From Salpingoeca rosetta (lineage: Eukaryota > Protista > Choanoflagellata): DNA of 64,000 bases. The notes beneath the pieces were generated by a model. The model made no database searches, was not told where the DNA came from, and saw only the letters and a list, made by a program, of their open reading frames with translations. This document shows, one piece after another, positions 13,127 through 44,651 of the stretch (the stretch's first letter is position 1; every line of letters begins with the position of its first letter). The position numbers and the translations under genes are program-made. The stretch spans positions 1,189,455 to 1,253,454 of the forward strand of contig JAWQFM010000010.1 in NCBI GenBank assembly GCA_033442325.1, written 5' to 3'.

Positions 13127-13408
13127 CTAGATGAAGGTGGAGATGAAGACGGTGTCTCCAATGTTGAGGGTCATGTGCCACCATTGCGCATCGATCCACA
13201 GCACCTGGCATGCACCGCGTCATCGAGGCCAATGGAGCAAGGGAGGGGTTATAAAGATGGAGGGCGTGAGGGTGCGTGAGAGTGAGTGTGTATGTGTTTG
13301 TGTGTGTGTTTGTGTGTGTGTTTGTGTGTGTGTTTGTGTGTGTGTTTGTGTGTGTGTTTGTGTGTGTGCGAGAGGGTGAGTGAGTGACGGAGAAACGGCA
13401 ATGCCAAT

Positions 13409-13468
<60 letters not shown>

Positions 13469-14213
13469 CGACAACAATGACAACAACGGCGCAACCTCGT
13501 TGGGGTATAGGGTGCACTCGAGGATCAAGTCCTTCTCCTGCTGAGAGTAGGTGGGCCACACGAGATGCAGCCAGCGATATGATGTCTCGTCAGGGCTGAA
13601 CCGTGGCGTGACCTCAGGCGGCGCCAGGAACCAGCGCTTGGCGCCATGTAACACTTCCGCAAACACTTGCAAATGAAACATGAAGCAGGACACCGAGTCA
13701 AGAAGAAGAAGAAGTGAACATCATCCACACACACGCGGACACATACACGCACATATGTACACACACACATGCGCACGCGCGCGCACACACGCACACACAC
13801 ACACGCGACATACGCACACGCACACACAAACACAAACACACATACATACAAACACACACCTGCGCCGTGTGTGTGAAAGGGGACACCGGAGCCGCTGCCG
13901 CCAATGCCAAAGCTGAAGAAAGGCTCCCTGGTGTATGTGTAGTCTGGTCGATGGTAGTGCTGTGTAAAGTTGGTCCAACTGCCCGCACGCAATGTAATGT
14001 GAGCAACCTCTGCGCGTGCACGCGCGCGTATGTGTGTGCAAGTATGACTCTGGCACACAGGCAAGGTGCTTGGCAGTGCTATTGAAAGGAGCCACACCTC
14101 TTGTCGTAATCGTTGTTTCCAAAGAAGTACCACGTGTCGCCTGAAAGATGCAAATGTTGAGGATGAAGGTTGTGAGTGAAAAGTAGGCGGAGACACGCAA
14201 TCACAAGCAAGCG

Positions 14214-14280
<67 letters not shown>

Positions 14281-15302
14281 CACACACACAACACAAGCAA
14301 ACAAGCACAAGGGTGCACCTGCGACATCGTCCATTGTTCGTGGTCGCACGAGGTGTTCCAAGTATTCCCGAAAGACAAGCTGAGCCAACAAGGAAGATTG
14401 ATGAACACTGAGCAAAGGCATGCACGCACCATTGAACAGGCAACACATGGTGGGACAGAACACAAACAAACGTACGTATGTAGACAGACACGCACTCATA
14501 CGCATTCTAACACACCCACACACTCGTAAGCATTCTAACACACACACTCGTAAGCATTCAGACACACACACACACACACTCTCTCTCTCTAACACACACA
14601 CACACACAACACACACAACACACACAACACACACAACACACACAACACACACAACACACACAACACACACAACACACACAACACACAAGCACCGTGTTCT
14701 TCTTGTAGCTGTGAGTGTTGGCAGAGCTGAGGACAACGGATGTGTTGCCATACTGCTGCAGGAGGTTCTGCTTCGTGCACACGGATTGGAAGTAAGAGTT
14801 GTCCTTGAAGCCGACCAAGATGACGGGATCTGTGCGTCCTTGCGCCTGATACGCCTCCCACTCCTCCTTTGTGTACAGCTTTGGAATGTTGCACCTGCAC
14901 AAGCGCGTGCGATGTGTGCACAATACGTTTTTCGTGAGGCGTCCTGCGCGTGTCATGCGCGTGTCATGCGCGTCATATGCGTCATATGCGTCGTGTATGC
15001 CGGCTCAACAAACACTGTACGCATACCTTGAAGAGTAGAGGGGCTCGTGGTGCACTGGCGGCGTTGCCCAGGTCGCAGCGTCCACTCCTTGCACATCACT
15101 GAGGCAGCAAAACACATCCAATGAACGCATGACCAACAGAGGGAGGGTAGAGCACGCAGAGAGATGGAGAGAGGGAGGAGAGAGGGGAAGAGAGTGTGTG
15201 AGGAGAGACACACACACACAGACACACACACACACAACACACACACACACACGCACACACACACACACACACACACGCGCGCACACGCACACACGCACAC
15301 AC

Positions 15303-15373
<71 letters not shown>

Positions 15374-15462
15374 ACATACTTGCTGGCTTCTCCCGCGCCG
15401 ACGGGCAGCAGCAGCGACAGCGCGACAACAAGCAGCACAGCCATGCCTCTGTGCAACCACAT
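13127..15462 (-). CDS. JMJD8: JmjC domain-containing protein 8 (secretory/ER-type JmjC)
   Basis: Signal peptide MAVLLVVALSLLLPVGAG, then CNIPK...PVIL...CTKQNLLQQYGNTSVVLSSANTHSYKK...WYFFGNND...SFGIGGSGSGVPFHTHG..FAEVLHGAKRWFL..P...LECTLYPNEVLWIDAQWWHMTLNIGDTVFISTFI*. Last exon 13204-13127. Confidence 0.9.
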
Positions 15463-15505
15463 CAACCACGTCCGGATTTTCCCACTGTTGTTGTTGTTGA
15501 CGACG

Positions 15506-17866
15506 ATGATGAATGCGTGGCGGTGCGTGCTTCATGGAATGATGCCTGTGGGCAGACTGCACAGGCCGGCTCACGTGGGCACGCAGGTGAGGGGCTTGGT
15601 TAGAAGGCGGCTGGTCAGGGCGCTACATGGCGGCGGCGCGGCACACATTGATAGGAGGCAGCAGGTATCTCAACGACGGCGATGGTGGTGGCTGGCGTGT
15701 GTCCTTGGCGGCGGTGTGGCGACCACGACAGCAGCAGCGGCGGCAGTGGCCAATGCAGAAGGAGAGCGCCCCCTGGTGGCAAATGAGGCATCCCTTTACA
15801 AGCTACTGCACGCCATCTACAACGACCTTGATGCAGACTATGGCATCGCAGGCTTTGCTGCCCTCTCCGACCAAGAAGAGGACGACATTGATGAATCCGG
15901 TGCGCGCGTATGTGTGTGTGTGTGTGTGTGTTGTGTGTTTAGGTGTGTGTGTGTATGACTGTGCATGCGTGTGTGCGAACACGCGAGAGTGGGAGCTTGT
16001 ATGAGTCAGTGAGTGAGTGAGCCAGTATGTCTCAACAAGTGCGTGCGTGCAACTGCGCTCTGCGTGCCAATGTTCACGCCACTGGCGTCGCTGCAAGGAA
16101 GGCTTGCGTCTGAAATCCCACACCATCCTGTGGATCATCCCCCCACTCGCTCACTCAATCACTCATTCATTCAAGGACCCACCTATTCTGCCACGAACAC
16201 GCATGCACAGGTGGTCACAGCGCGTATGGGGAGATCCTGCCCCAAGGGGTGACGGCGGTCATGCAGGCAATTCAACCCCACCCAGGCTTTGTCTTCTACG
16301 ACCTCGGCTCCGGCCTGGGCAAGATGGCCATGCAGGTGCCACAACGCTGTCACAAACCAAACACCGTGAAACGCACAAGCAGTGTCTTGGAGTAGGGGGG
16401 GGGGGAGAGATTAGCTTGGTGACTCGGACACATCTGAATCTGCCTGCTTGCTTGCCTTGTGCTCGTTCCCTTTGATGACACAGGTATTCTTGCAGTTTCA
16501 AGCTGGGAAAGCGTGTGGTGTTGAGCTGGCGCAGACGCGCCATGAGGCTGCACAGAAGGCCTTGGCCAGGGTGAGTTTGGCAGGTGCTTGTCTGAGCTCA
16601 CACGCATATGTGCAGCATTCGCTTGCCTGTTGCTCTTTGGCATTGTACAAGCGATGCTTGCTCTCAGCATCCTCTTACCAATCACGTTCATGCCTGTGTT
16701 ATCGCGTTCTCAATCATGTGCTGCCTGACGAATTCACACACACACACACATATGAACACAAACTCACACACTCACTCTGTTCCATCTCACACACACCACA
16801 CACACACGCATGTACACACAAACTCACTCACTCACTCTGTTCCATCACACAAACATACACACAAACGCCTTTCTCTCACCCACGTCCTCCCACATCGCTC
16901 GCCTGCTTGCGTTCAGCTGACAAAGATGCTGGGCACGGACCCGGTGAACCTTCAGTTTGTGCACGGCGATATCATGAAGGTGCAAGCAAGCATGCATGTT
17001 CGATGCCATGGCAGTGTTATTCATAGGTACATATAGTCAATTATGCTACAACCAGCGCTTACTCGTGTCTGTGGTGCTGTGTTCCGCTCACATGCTGTTT
17101 TGTCGGCGTAGGCGGACGTGCGCGACGCGGATGTTGTGTATCTCGCCAGCTTGTGTTTTGAGGAGCCGTTTCTCACTGCACTGGCGTCCCGCCTCGTCGG
17201 AGACGCCCCGCGAATGAGGTGCGTGTAGTTGTGCTCGCTGCATGTGTGGCCACGTGTTTGCATGCGTCCTATGCGCGTGTTGCTTGCCCGTGCATCTTGT
17301 CTTCCTCTGTACGCACGTTGTCTCTATGCATCCCCGTCCTTGATTGTGACATTGTTGTGAACGTCGGCACATGTCAGTGCACATTGTCCACCACGATACA
17401 CTTGCCAATCTACCTCTTGCTGCTGCTGCCACTCACGACCACACACTGACGCCCCGAGACTCTTCGTGTTGGTGTCCTTATCTCCCTGCAATCATGTCAT
17501 CATTAGCGTGCTCATCTCCATCCAGCCCATCAGCGAAGCAGCGTCAGACTTCCACGCACAATTCAAGCTGGAAACTGTACGTACGTGCACCCGGTGCCAC
17601 GTCCGCTTGTTACATGTACACACAACGAGGGGAGGAAGGCGTGTTGTGTACCGTGCTCCGCGTACTGCAACTTCTCTGCAAGAGCACATCGCGCTGCGTG
17701 CACGGTGGTGTTTGCTCCCCTGCATTCTATTCCATCAGGCTCAACACCACGCGTTGACTTGGGTTTATCGTGACTTCAGGTTCTCAACGTTCCCATGTCC
17801 TGGGGCAACGCTGACGTGCACGTGTATCGACGTCCACTCAGCATGATCCCAGAGTTCGCCATGTAG
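15506..17866 (+). CDS. DOT1-like class I SAM-dependent methyltransferase with an Arg-rich N-terminal leader
   Basis: Exons ~15506-15899, 16211-16335, 16484-16570, 16916-16979, 17112-17218, 17507-17576 and 17780-17866 give AYGEI, FYDLGSGLGKMAMQ, ACGVEL...RH, FVHGDIMK, ADVVYLASLCF and VPMSW, the motif order of DOT1-type catalytic domains. Start codon uncertain (15506-15542). Confidence 0.8.
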
Positions 17867-18397
17867 CTCTGTGTTCGTGTGTGCGTGTGCGTATGCGCTC
17901 GTGTGTGTGTGTGTGTATGTGTGTGCGCACGTCAACGCACGACATTCGTAGTTGTCACGTTCAGTGCTCCACTTTGCAAAGTACATGTCAATACACCTGG
18001 TCAAACGAGATGTACTCACTCGTGGCTTTGTTATACTCGTTGGCGGCTTGTTCTTTGTGTTTCTTCTGTTTTATTCTCCATCACCTTGGAGTGGCTCTGC
18101 CTAGTCTGATTTAAATACAAAGCGGTGCTGTGACATGAACTCGCAGCACCTTGCGGAATCGCGAACAATCCTCGTGAAAAGCCATCTTCAGACCATGGCA
18201 CAGGCGGGAGACATGCACCACCCAATACAACACACACACACACGCACACACACACTCACAAAACGCGTACCTGCATACATTCAGACAAACACATACCAAG
18301 ACACAACTACACGTACCTCCATGTCTGTGTACAATCTGCTGCCCTCCAAAAGCATTCTACTTGACACACAACCAAGGCGCCGTCTTCGTCGCCTGCA

Positions 18398-34905
<16,508 letters not shown>

Positions 34906-36121
34906 GGTGTGGCGCAGTGATGTCCGGTTGTCGCCTGCTTGCTTGTGTCCTCCCTCCCTCTTCCTTTTTGCTTGTTTGTTCGGTACGTTACTTCGTCAGC
35001 TGTTGCTGTGCGTGCTTGTTTCACACCGTCAGCATCAGCAGCATTACAACCCCTGTTGCTGCTGCTGCTCGTGCTGTTGTGCCTTGTGTGCTTGTCCTAG
35101 ACCTTTTGCTGTTGTGGGGTTGCACGACAAGGACTACCTGCAAAAGACTACATTCCATTCAAGTGTCCACGAAAATTATGTGAAAATCCCGCGAATTATC
35201 CATAACGAAGTGCGTCTGCAAGCAGATGACGTTTCTGCGCTTCAGCTTTCCTTCGGTGCACCGAAGTGGCCCTTGAACGTTAGACCTGCACGCGCGAGCG
35301 TCACCGTTTGGATTCGAACGCGCACGAGCTACACGACGTTGTCGTCTTCTTCATCAACACACACACACACACACGCGCATTCGCACGTTTTCGTTTCCTG
35401 ACGGTTGAGCGCAATCAAACCTAAACAAACGACACCCAACGGTTTTCCCCGGCAGTGTGACCGACATGAGTGGCGATAGGGCACGACCGCACGCGCGCCC
35501 AAAACCAAACCAAAACACAGCAGAGAGAAAAAAAAAAAAAACTGACTGCTGGTGATGTGGTGGTGTTGTTGTTTGAATGGAGCCTTCTCTTGCTTGCTTG
35601 GCGCACTCGCGTCATGGCCATAACCTGTCTGTGTCGCTTGCTGGCCGGCTTGCCTGCTCGTCATGGCCATTTCCCACGACAGCAGCATTCCAGCGACACC
35701 ACCAACCAACAACAGCACAAACGTGTGCTTGCTTCTTCTTCCTTGCTTCTGCTTGTCTTGTTCTGGCTAGCTAGCTAGCTAGCTCGCTCGCACTCAGGCA
35801 CTCAACCCTTGTTGGTTCATTTGTTCATTTACTCTTTCCATTCCACCTTCACAGCACCTCAACCACCCCAAAGCAACCTGCCGGTGTTGGTTTGTTTTCC
35901 CCCAGCCAACCATAGTTTGGGTGCAACAGTCCTCGTTCAGCGCAGCACGTGAAAGTGGTTCGTGCACATTATCTCTCGACTGTACACGAACACCACGAAC
36001 ACCCCAGCAGCACCACTCGTCTTCGACGGGTATCGTCCAGCATTTTCTCCACGAACCCATTTCGTGCCACCAGTCGCATAAACAGCAGCGGCAGCACACA
36101 ACAGCAGATCTCCACCGCGAC

Positions 36122-38674
36122 ATGATGGACCATCAACACCACCAAGCACAGGCACAGCAGCGGCGGTGCAGCGGCGACGATCGCACAGACAGCAGCTGCT
36201 CTTCCTCGCCAACCTGGCCCATGTGGGCCACGGAGGAGACGGCAAACGGCCACGGGTCAGTCGCCAAGCGCATGGTGGCCCAGCGGCCGCCCTGGCACCG
36301 CAACTCTCCGCTCGCCTCCGTCTCTGGCAGCTGCGACTCGCTCCTCGCTGGCCAGGATGACGATGGCCGTTGCGTGCAGTCGCCCCCACCCATTGCGTCC
36401 GGCAGGACGCCCCACAGCAATGACGGCGGCGATGATGGCGACGATGGTGGCAACTACAACAGCGACCACGACGACATTGACGACTTTTCCGATGCCGATG
36501 CCGTGCGTGCAGTGCTCGGCGTTGCCAACACCAGCAACAACAACAGCGACAGCAACAGCAACAGGAGCAACAGCAACAGGCGCAACAGCGAGGACCATGA
36601 CGGTGCCGGTGATGCCGGCTCTGTTGACTCACACGTGTACGAGGATGTGGAGGACGAGGACGAGGCAAGCGTGGGCACGGTGCCAAAGCTGCCACCGCGC
36701 ATCTACCGCTGGAGCAAGGTGCGCAAAGACAGCGGTGTCTGTGTCGTGTCCGCAACCACGTCCGCGTCATCCTCTTCAGCCCAACTCGACATTCCCTCCC
36801 CAATCAAGGAGGCCTCCACATCAACCGCCACCAACGACGCAACAACAACAACAGCCACCAACACCACCGACACAACAACAACTGCGAGCAAGGACGAGGT
36901 CGCACCAGCGCAGGCGGCACTTGGCAAGCTGTTTCCCCAGCAAGGCAAGCACAAGCAGCTCCGGCGCCCGCTCACGCCGCCACAGCACCAGCCCATCATC
37001 GACGCCGCAGCTTCTCTCCCGTCGTCCCCGCTCGCGTCACGCCGCTCGTCCGTGCCGGAGGACCTGCAGCACTTCCAGCAGCACCACCTCCACCAGCAAC
37101 AGCAGCCGCATCACCAGCAGCCGCAGCGGGCCCGGCGCGGGTCTGGCCCGTCTTCGGGTCCATCGTCGCGCGGGCGGTCGCCATCGATGTGGCAGCTGTT
37201 GTGGCAGCCCATCCAGCGGCTCTCACGCTCCCGCTCCCGCTCGCCGCACCCGGCCGAGGCCAGGCCAAAGGGCAAGGGCAAGGGCAAGAGTGGCAACACG
37301 AAGAAGCACAAGCGAGGCAAGGCAAGCAGAGGTGGCAGCGGCAGCGGCAGCAACACCCCGCCCGTGGTGGTGAGCAAGGCAGATGCAAAGCGCGGCTATG
37401 CCGTGCCGCAGGATGCAGTGCTCGCGCCACGCGACGGCGTCGACTACAGCAGCGTGGACAACAGCAGATGCACAAGCGCATGCAGCAGCGTCAGCAGCAC
37501 GGGGACGAGTGTGAGCGGGCTGGACACGTTTGACCGGGAGGCGGCGCTGCGGTCGCCAGAATACGCGCTGGTGCCGGAGGAAGCAGACGGAACGGTGCAC
37601 GAGCTGCCACGCCACCGTGACGGCGACGACAATGACGACGCCTTTGATGGTGATGGTGATGATGATGATGATGATGATGGTACGGAGGTTGGGGATAGTG
37701 AGAGTGGTAACGACTGCAGCAGCGCGTGTGGGGACGATGCCAGCATTGCCACACTGCAGCCACCACAGCACGACAGCCGTGGCACGGACAGCGACGACGT
37801 GCAAGCGCAGCAGCACGAGCAGCAAGAGCAGCAAGAGCACGAGCAGCAAGAGCAGCAGGGGCATAAGGAGGTTAACAGCGCAGAGCAGTGCAGTGAAGAG
37901 GCAAGCAGCAACGACGTCGACAGCTTGGTGGAAGGGCGAGAGGTCAACTGCGGTGGCGTCGTCGTCACATACCACGCCGTGCCCAGTGTGCAGCAGTGCA
38001 CCCACTGCAACACGACGGACAGCCTGCTGTCCTCCTTTGGCGGCAACACGCAGCACCAGGAGGCGCAGGCCCTGCTTGACCGCATCTACACGCAGATTCC
38101 CTCGCGCCAGGAGCGGAGCCAGACCACGGCTGCCACGGGTGCAGTGACGCCAGACAAGAGCGTTGGCGGCTGGCTCAAGAACAACATGCTTCGCCGCAAC
38201 AACAACGGCAACGGCAACGGCAACACCAGCAAGCAGCAGGTTGCAGCTGCGCAGCTTGTGCGCGTTGGCGTGCCAACCCAACCCATCGACGACGGTGCTG
38301 ACAGCAACAAGGCAACAGACACGGCAAGCGACTGCAAAGGAAGCGGCGTCAGTCTTGTGTCTTACGACAACAACGACCTGTGTGCTGAGGTGTGCTATGC
38401 CATGGCAGACCCACCGCAGCACCCGCTTCGCCGTGGCGTGCATGGTGTCCGTGGCTCCGAGCAGGAGCTGGACAGCGATGAGGACAGCGAGCGCTACGAC
38501 GAGCTGAGCGACTTGAGGAAGAGCGTGGTGTATGCAGAGGTGAACAAAGCGGGGCGCGGCAAGCATGCACGACACGTGTCAGCCACCCCATCGGAGTTGA
38601 GTGTTCGTAGTGACGGCTACGCTACTGTTGGGCCTTCCACCTCCGGCAGCGTTCGGAGCGGCCGATGGCAGTAG
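36122..38674 (+). CDS. Intronless ~850-aa disordered protein with many Yxx[VILP] motifs (putative phosphotyrosine docking/scaffold protein)
   Basis: Long uninterrupted GC-rich ORF free of CA repeats; first ATG at 36122. Motifs include YEDV, PKLPPR, YAVP, VDYSSV, YALV, VTYHAV, IYTQI, YDEL, VVYAEV and YATV. No globular domain recognised. Confidence 0.7.
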   Translation: MMDHQHHQAQAQQRRCSGDDRTDSSCSSSPTWPMWATEETANGHGSVAKRMVAQRPPWHRNSPLASVSGSCDSLLAGQDDDGRCVQSPPPIASGRTPHSNDGGDDGDDGGNYNSDHDDIDDFSDADAVRAVLGVANTSNNNSDSNSNRSNSNRRNSEDHDGAGDAGSVDSHVYEDVEDEDEASVGTVPKLPPRIYRWSKVRKDSGVCVVSATTSASSSSAQLDIPSPIKEASTSTATNDATTTTATNTTDTTTTASKDEVAPAQAALGKLFPQQGKHKQLRRPLTPPQHQPIIDAAASLPSSPLASRRSSVPEDLQHFQQHHLHQQQQPHHQQPQRARRGSGPSSGPSSRGRSPSMWQLLWQPIQRLSRSRSRSPHPAEARPKGKGKGKSGNTKKHKRGKASRGGSGSGSNTPPVVVSKADAKRGYAVPQDAVLAPRDGVDYSSVDNSRCTSACSSVSSTGTSVSGLDTFDREAALRSPEYALVPEEADGTVHELPRHRDGDDNDDAFDGDGDDDDDDDGTEVGDSESGNDCSSACGDDASIATLQPPQHDSRGTDSDDVQAQQHEQQEQQEHEQQEQQGHKEVNSAEQCSEEASSNDVDSLVEGREVNCGGVVVTYHAVPSVQQCTHCNTTDSLLSSFGGNTQHQEAQALLDRIYTQIPSRQERSQTTAATGAVTPDKSVGGWLKNNMLRRNNNGNGNGNTSKQQVAAAQLVRVGVPTQPIDDGADSNKATDTASDCKGSGVSLVSYDNNDLCAEVCYAMADPPQHPLRRGVHGVRGSEQELDSDEDSERYDELSDLRKSVVYAEVNKAGRGKHARHVSATPSELSVRSDGYATVGPSTSGSVRSGRWQ

Positions 38675-38965
38675 AGATTGTGTGAAGGCGTACCTGATCG
38701 CCTGACCGACTTGCTTACAATATTATTCATGCGCATGCGTGTGTGCGGGGAGGGAGAGAGATGAATCGCGGCACACCTTCCTCGTTTCGTTCCTTTCGTC
38801 TTACCACTTTCTTTGCTTGCCTAATTAAAGAATCGACATTTGGTGAATATTTTGCCACAGAAATCCGCACTTTCTCTGCCTTGCGTTCTGCAAGCAACAA
38901 CCAATCTCACACCACTGACCGAAACAACCACCAAACGCAACCCCCTTCCCCCACGCTCCATCGTC

Positions 38966-42668
<3,703 letters not shown>

Positions 42669-43270
42669 TTGCTGGCTGATTGCTGTCATTGCCTTCAAGC
42701 TTTTCGACGTCTCCTCTCGCTGGGTTGCTTTCACTCTGACACCCCCCCCACACACACTTTGTCGTTGCAGGCCTGAACAATGTGCTGCACAAGCGACCCT
42801 TGCAGCCTCCTGGTGGGTATTCCCACAACATCTTCGGCTGATGCTGTTCCAACCCCATCATCCGCACACTCGCACACACACACACACACAAGCACGCGGT
42901 GATGTCATCATCTCGTGCAGTTGTCCCGGCAGTTCACAGACGTGTGTGTGTGTGTGCATATGTGTGTACGTTTTTTGAGGGGGTTTCCTTCCGTTGTGTG
43001 TGCGGTGTTGTGCCGTCGCTCGGTTGTTTCTGTTTTGTTTCGTGTTGCTGTTGTGCCAGCTGACGTGGGCTGCTTCGGTGTTACAATGAAACACACATCG
43101 AATTGCCAGTTGCACGCTCGCCTGCCTTTCCACCGACCGGGTGTGGTCACACAACGATAGTACAACCACAACAACCACGCACGCGCAGTCACATCACCAT
43201 CATCCATGCACTCGTGACACGACAGGCGCGCGCACACACACACACAGACAGACAGACAGACAGGCAAACA

Positions 43271-43310
<40 letters not shown>

Positions 43311-43384
43311 GACAGACAGACACACACACACACACAAAACACACACACACAAAACACACAAAAACACACCAAGGTGTCCTCATA

Positions 43385-44423
43385 TCATAGACTGGCCTTG
43401 ACCAGCATGCCGCCATCGACGGGGATGACAGCACCGGTGATGTACGCGCCAGCACGGGAGCAGAGCAGCAACGTCACGCCCGCCATATCTGCCGGTCGGC
43501 CAACGCGGTGCATGGGTACGGCACTCACCACCTCGTCCCCAAGCTGTTCCAGTAGGGCTTTGGTCATCTTGGATGGAAAGGGCCCTGGGGCAATTGCGTT
43601 GATGCAGATGTGATCTTCGGCCAGCTTGGATGCCAGCACGCGCGTCATGTGGTGAATGGCGGCCTTGCTTGCGGCATAGCTGTATGTGTCTGTCAGCGAG
43701 ACCCCAATCCCTGTGATGGAGCCCACGTTGATGATGGAGGCGGGCGCCGCCTCCGTTGCGGCGGCCTTGAGCAGCGGCAGGAACAGCTGGACAAGCCGAA
43801 ACGCCGCCTTCACATTCAAGTTGAGCAGCTTGTCCCAGGCAGACTCCGGGTGCGTCTCCAGCGCTTCTCCCCAAGTGGCGCCGGCGTTGTTCACCAGGAT
43901 GTGCAGCCGGGGCTCGCCCGTCCTCTGAAAGGCAGCAAACAGGGCACCGCAGCCATCGAAGCTGGACAGGTCTGCTGGCAGCGGGTGACAGGATCCCCGC
44001 GCCGTTGCTCTTCTTGCTGTGACTGTTGTTGTTGTTGTTGTTGCTGTTCTTGTGCTGGCAGGGGTTGTTCTTGCTGTTGTTGTTGCTGGTGTGCACTGGC
44101 ATGCGGCGTCTCGCTCCTGTTGGTCTTGTTCCGCAAGTAGCCTGCACCGCTCGTTCACATACTTGGCAAACTTGGTGCAAGCGTCTGCTTTTCGCGAGCT
44201 CACATACACCTACGCCAGTGTGCAGCAGGATGCGCATGTCAAAACAAGTGCTTGTGCAACAACCAAAAGGAGGATGGGGCAGAGTGAGAGATGGAGATAG
44301 ATGGTCGGATGGAGAGGGAGGGAGGGAGAGAGATAGATGGACGGATAGAGAGAGATAGAGAGAGCAGTAACTTGATACACACACAGACACACACACACAG
44401 ACACACACACAGACACAGACACA

Positions 44424-44490
<67 letters not shown>

Positions 44491-44651
44491 CTGTGCCTTG
44501 CCTTTGCGCCGTTGACAGCGAGGGCTTCTGCGATCATTGCGCCAATGCCACGCGATCCGCCCGTGACTAGCGCTACTTTGCCACGCACATCAAACAGGTC
44601 TTGTGTTCGCAACCCACGGCCTCCATCGCGCTCGCGCTCATCCCCCATCAT
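43385..44651 (-). CDS. Classical short-chain dehydrogenase/reductase (RhlG-like subfamily)
   Basis: LFDVRGKVALVTGGSRGIG...NGAK/VYVSSRK...LVNNAGATWG...NVGS...YSYAASKAA...NAIAPGPFPSKMT...GAYITGAVIPVDGG. Two exons, 44651-44502 and 44209-43385. Confidence 0.92.

Noticed and set aside
18100-18220. SECIS element or snoRNA
   Set aside because: No convincing SECIS core or C/D boxes, and no in-frame TGA in the neighbouring genes.
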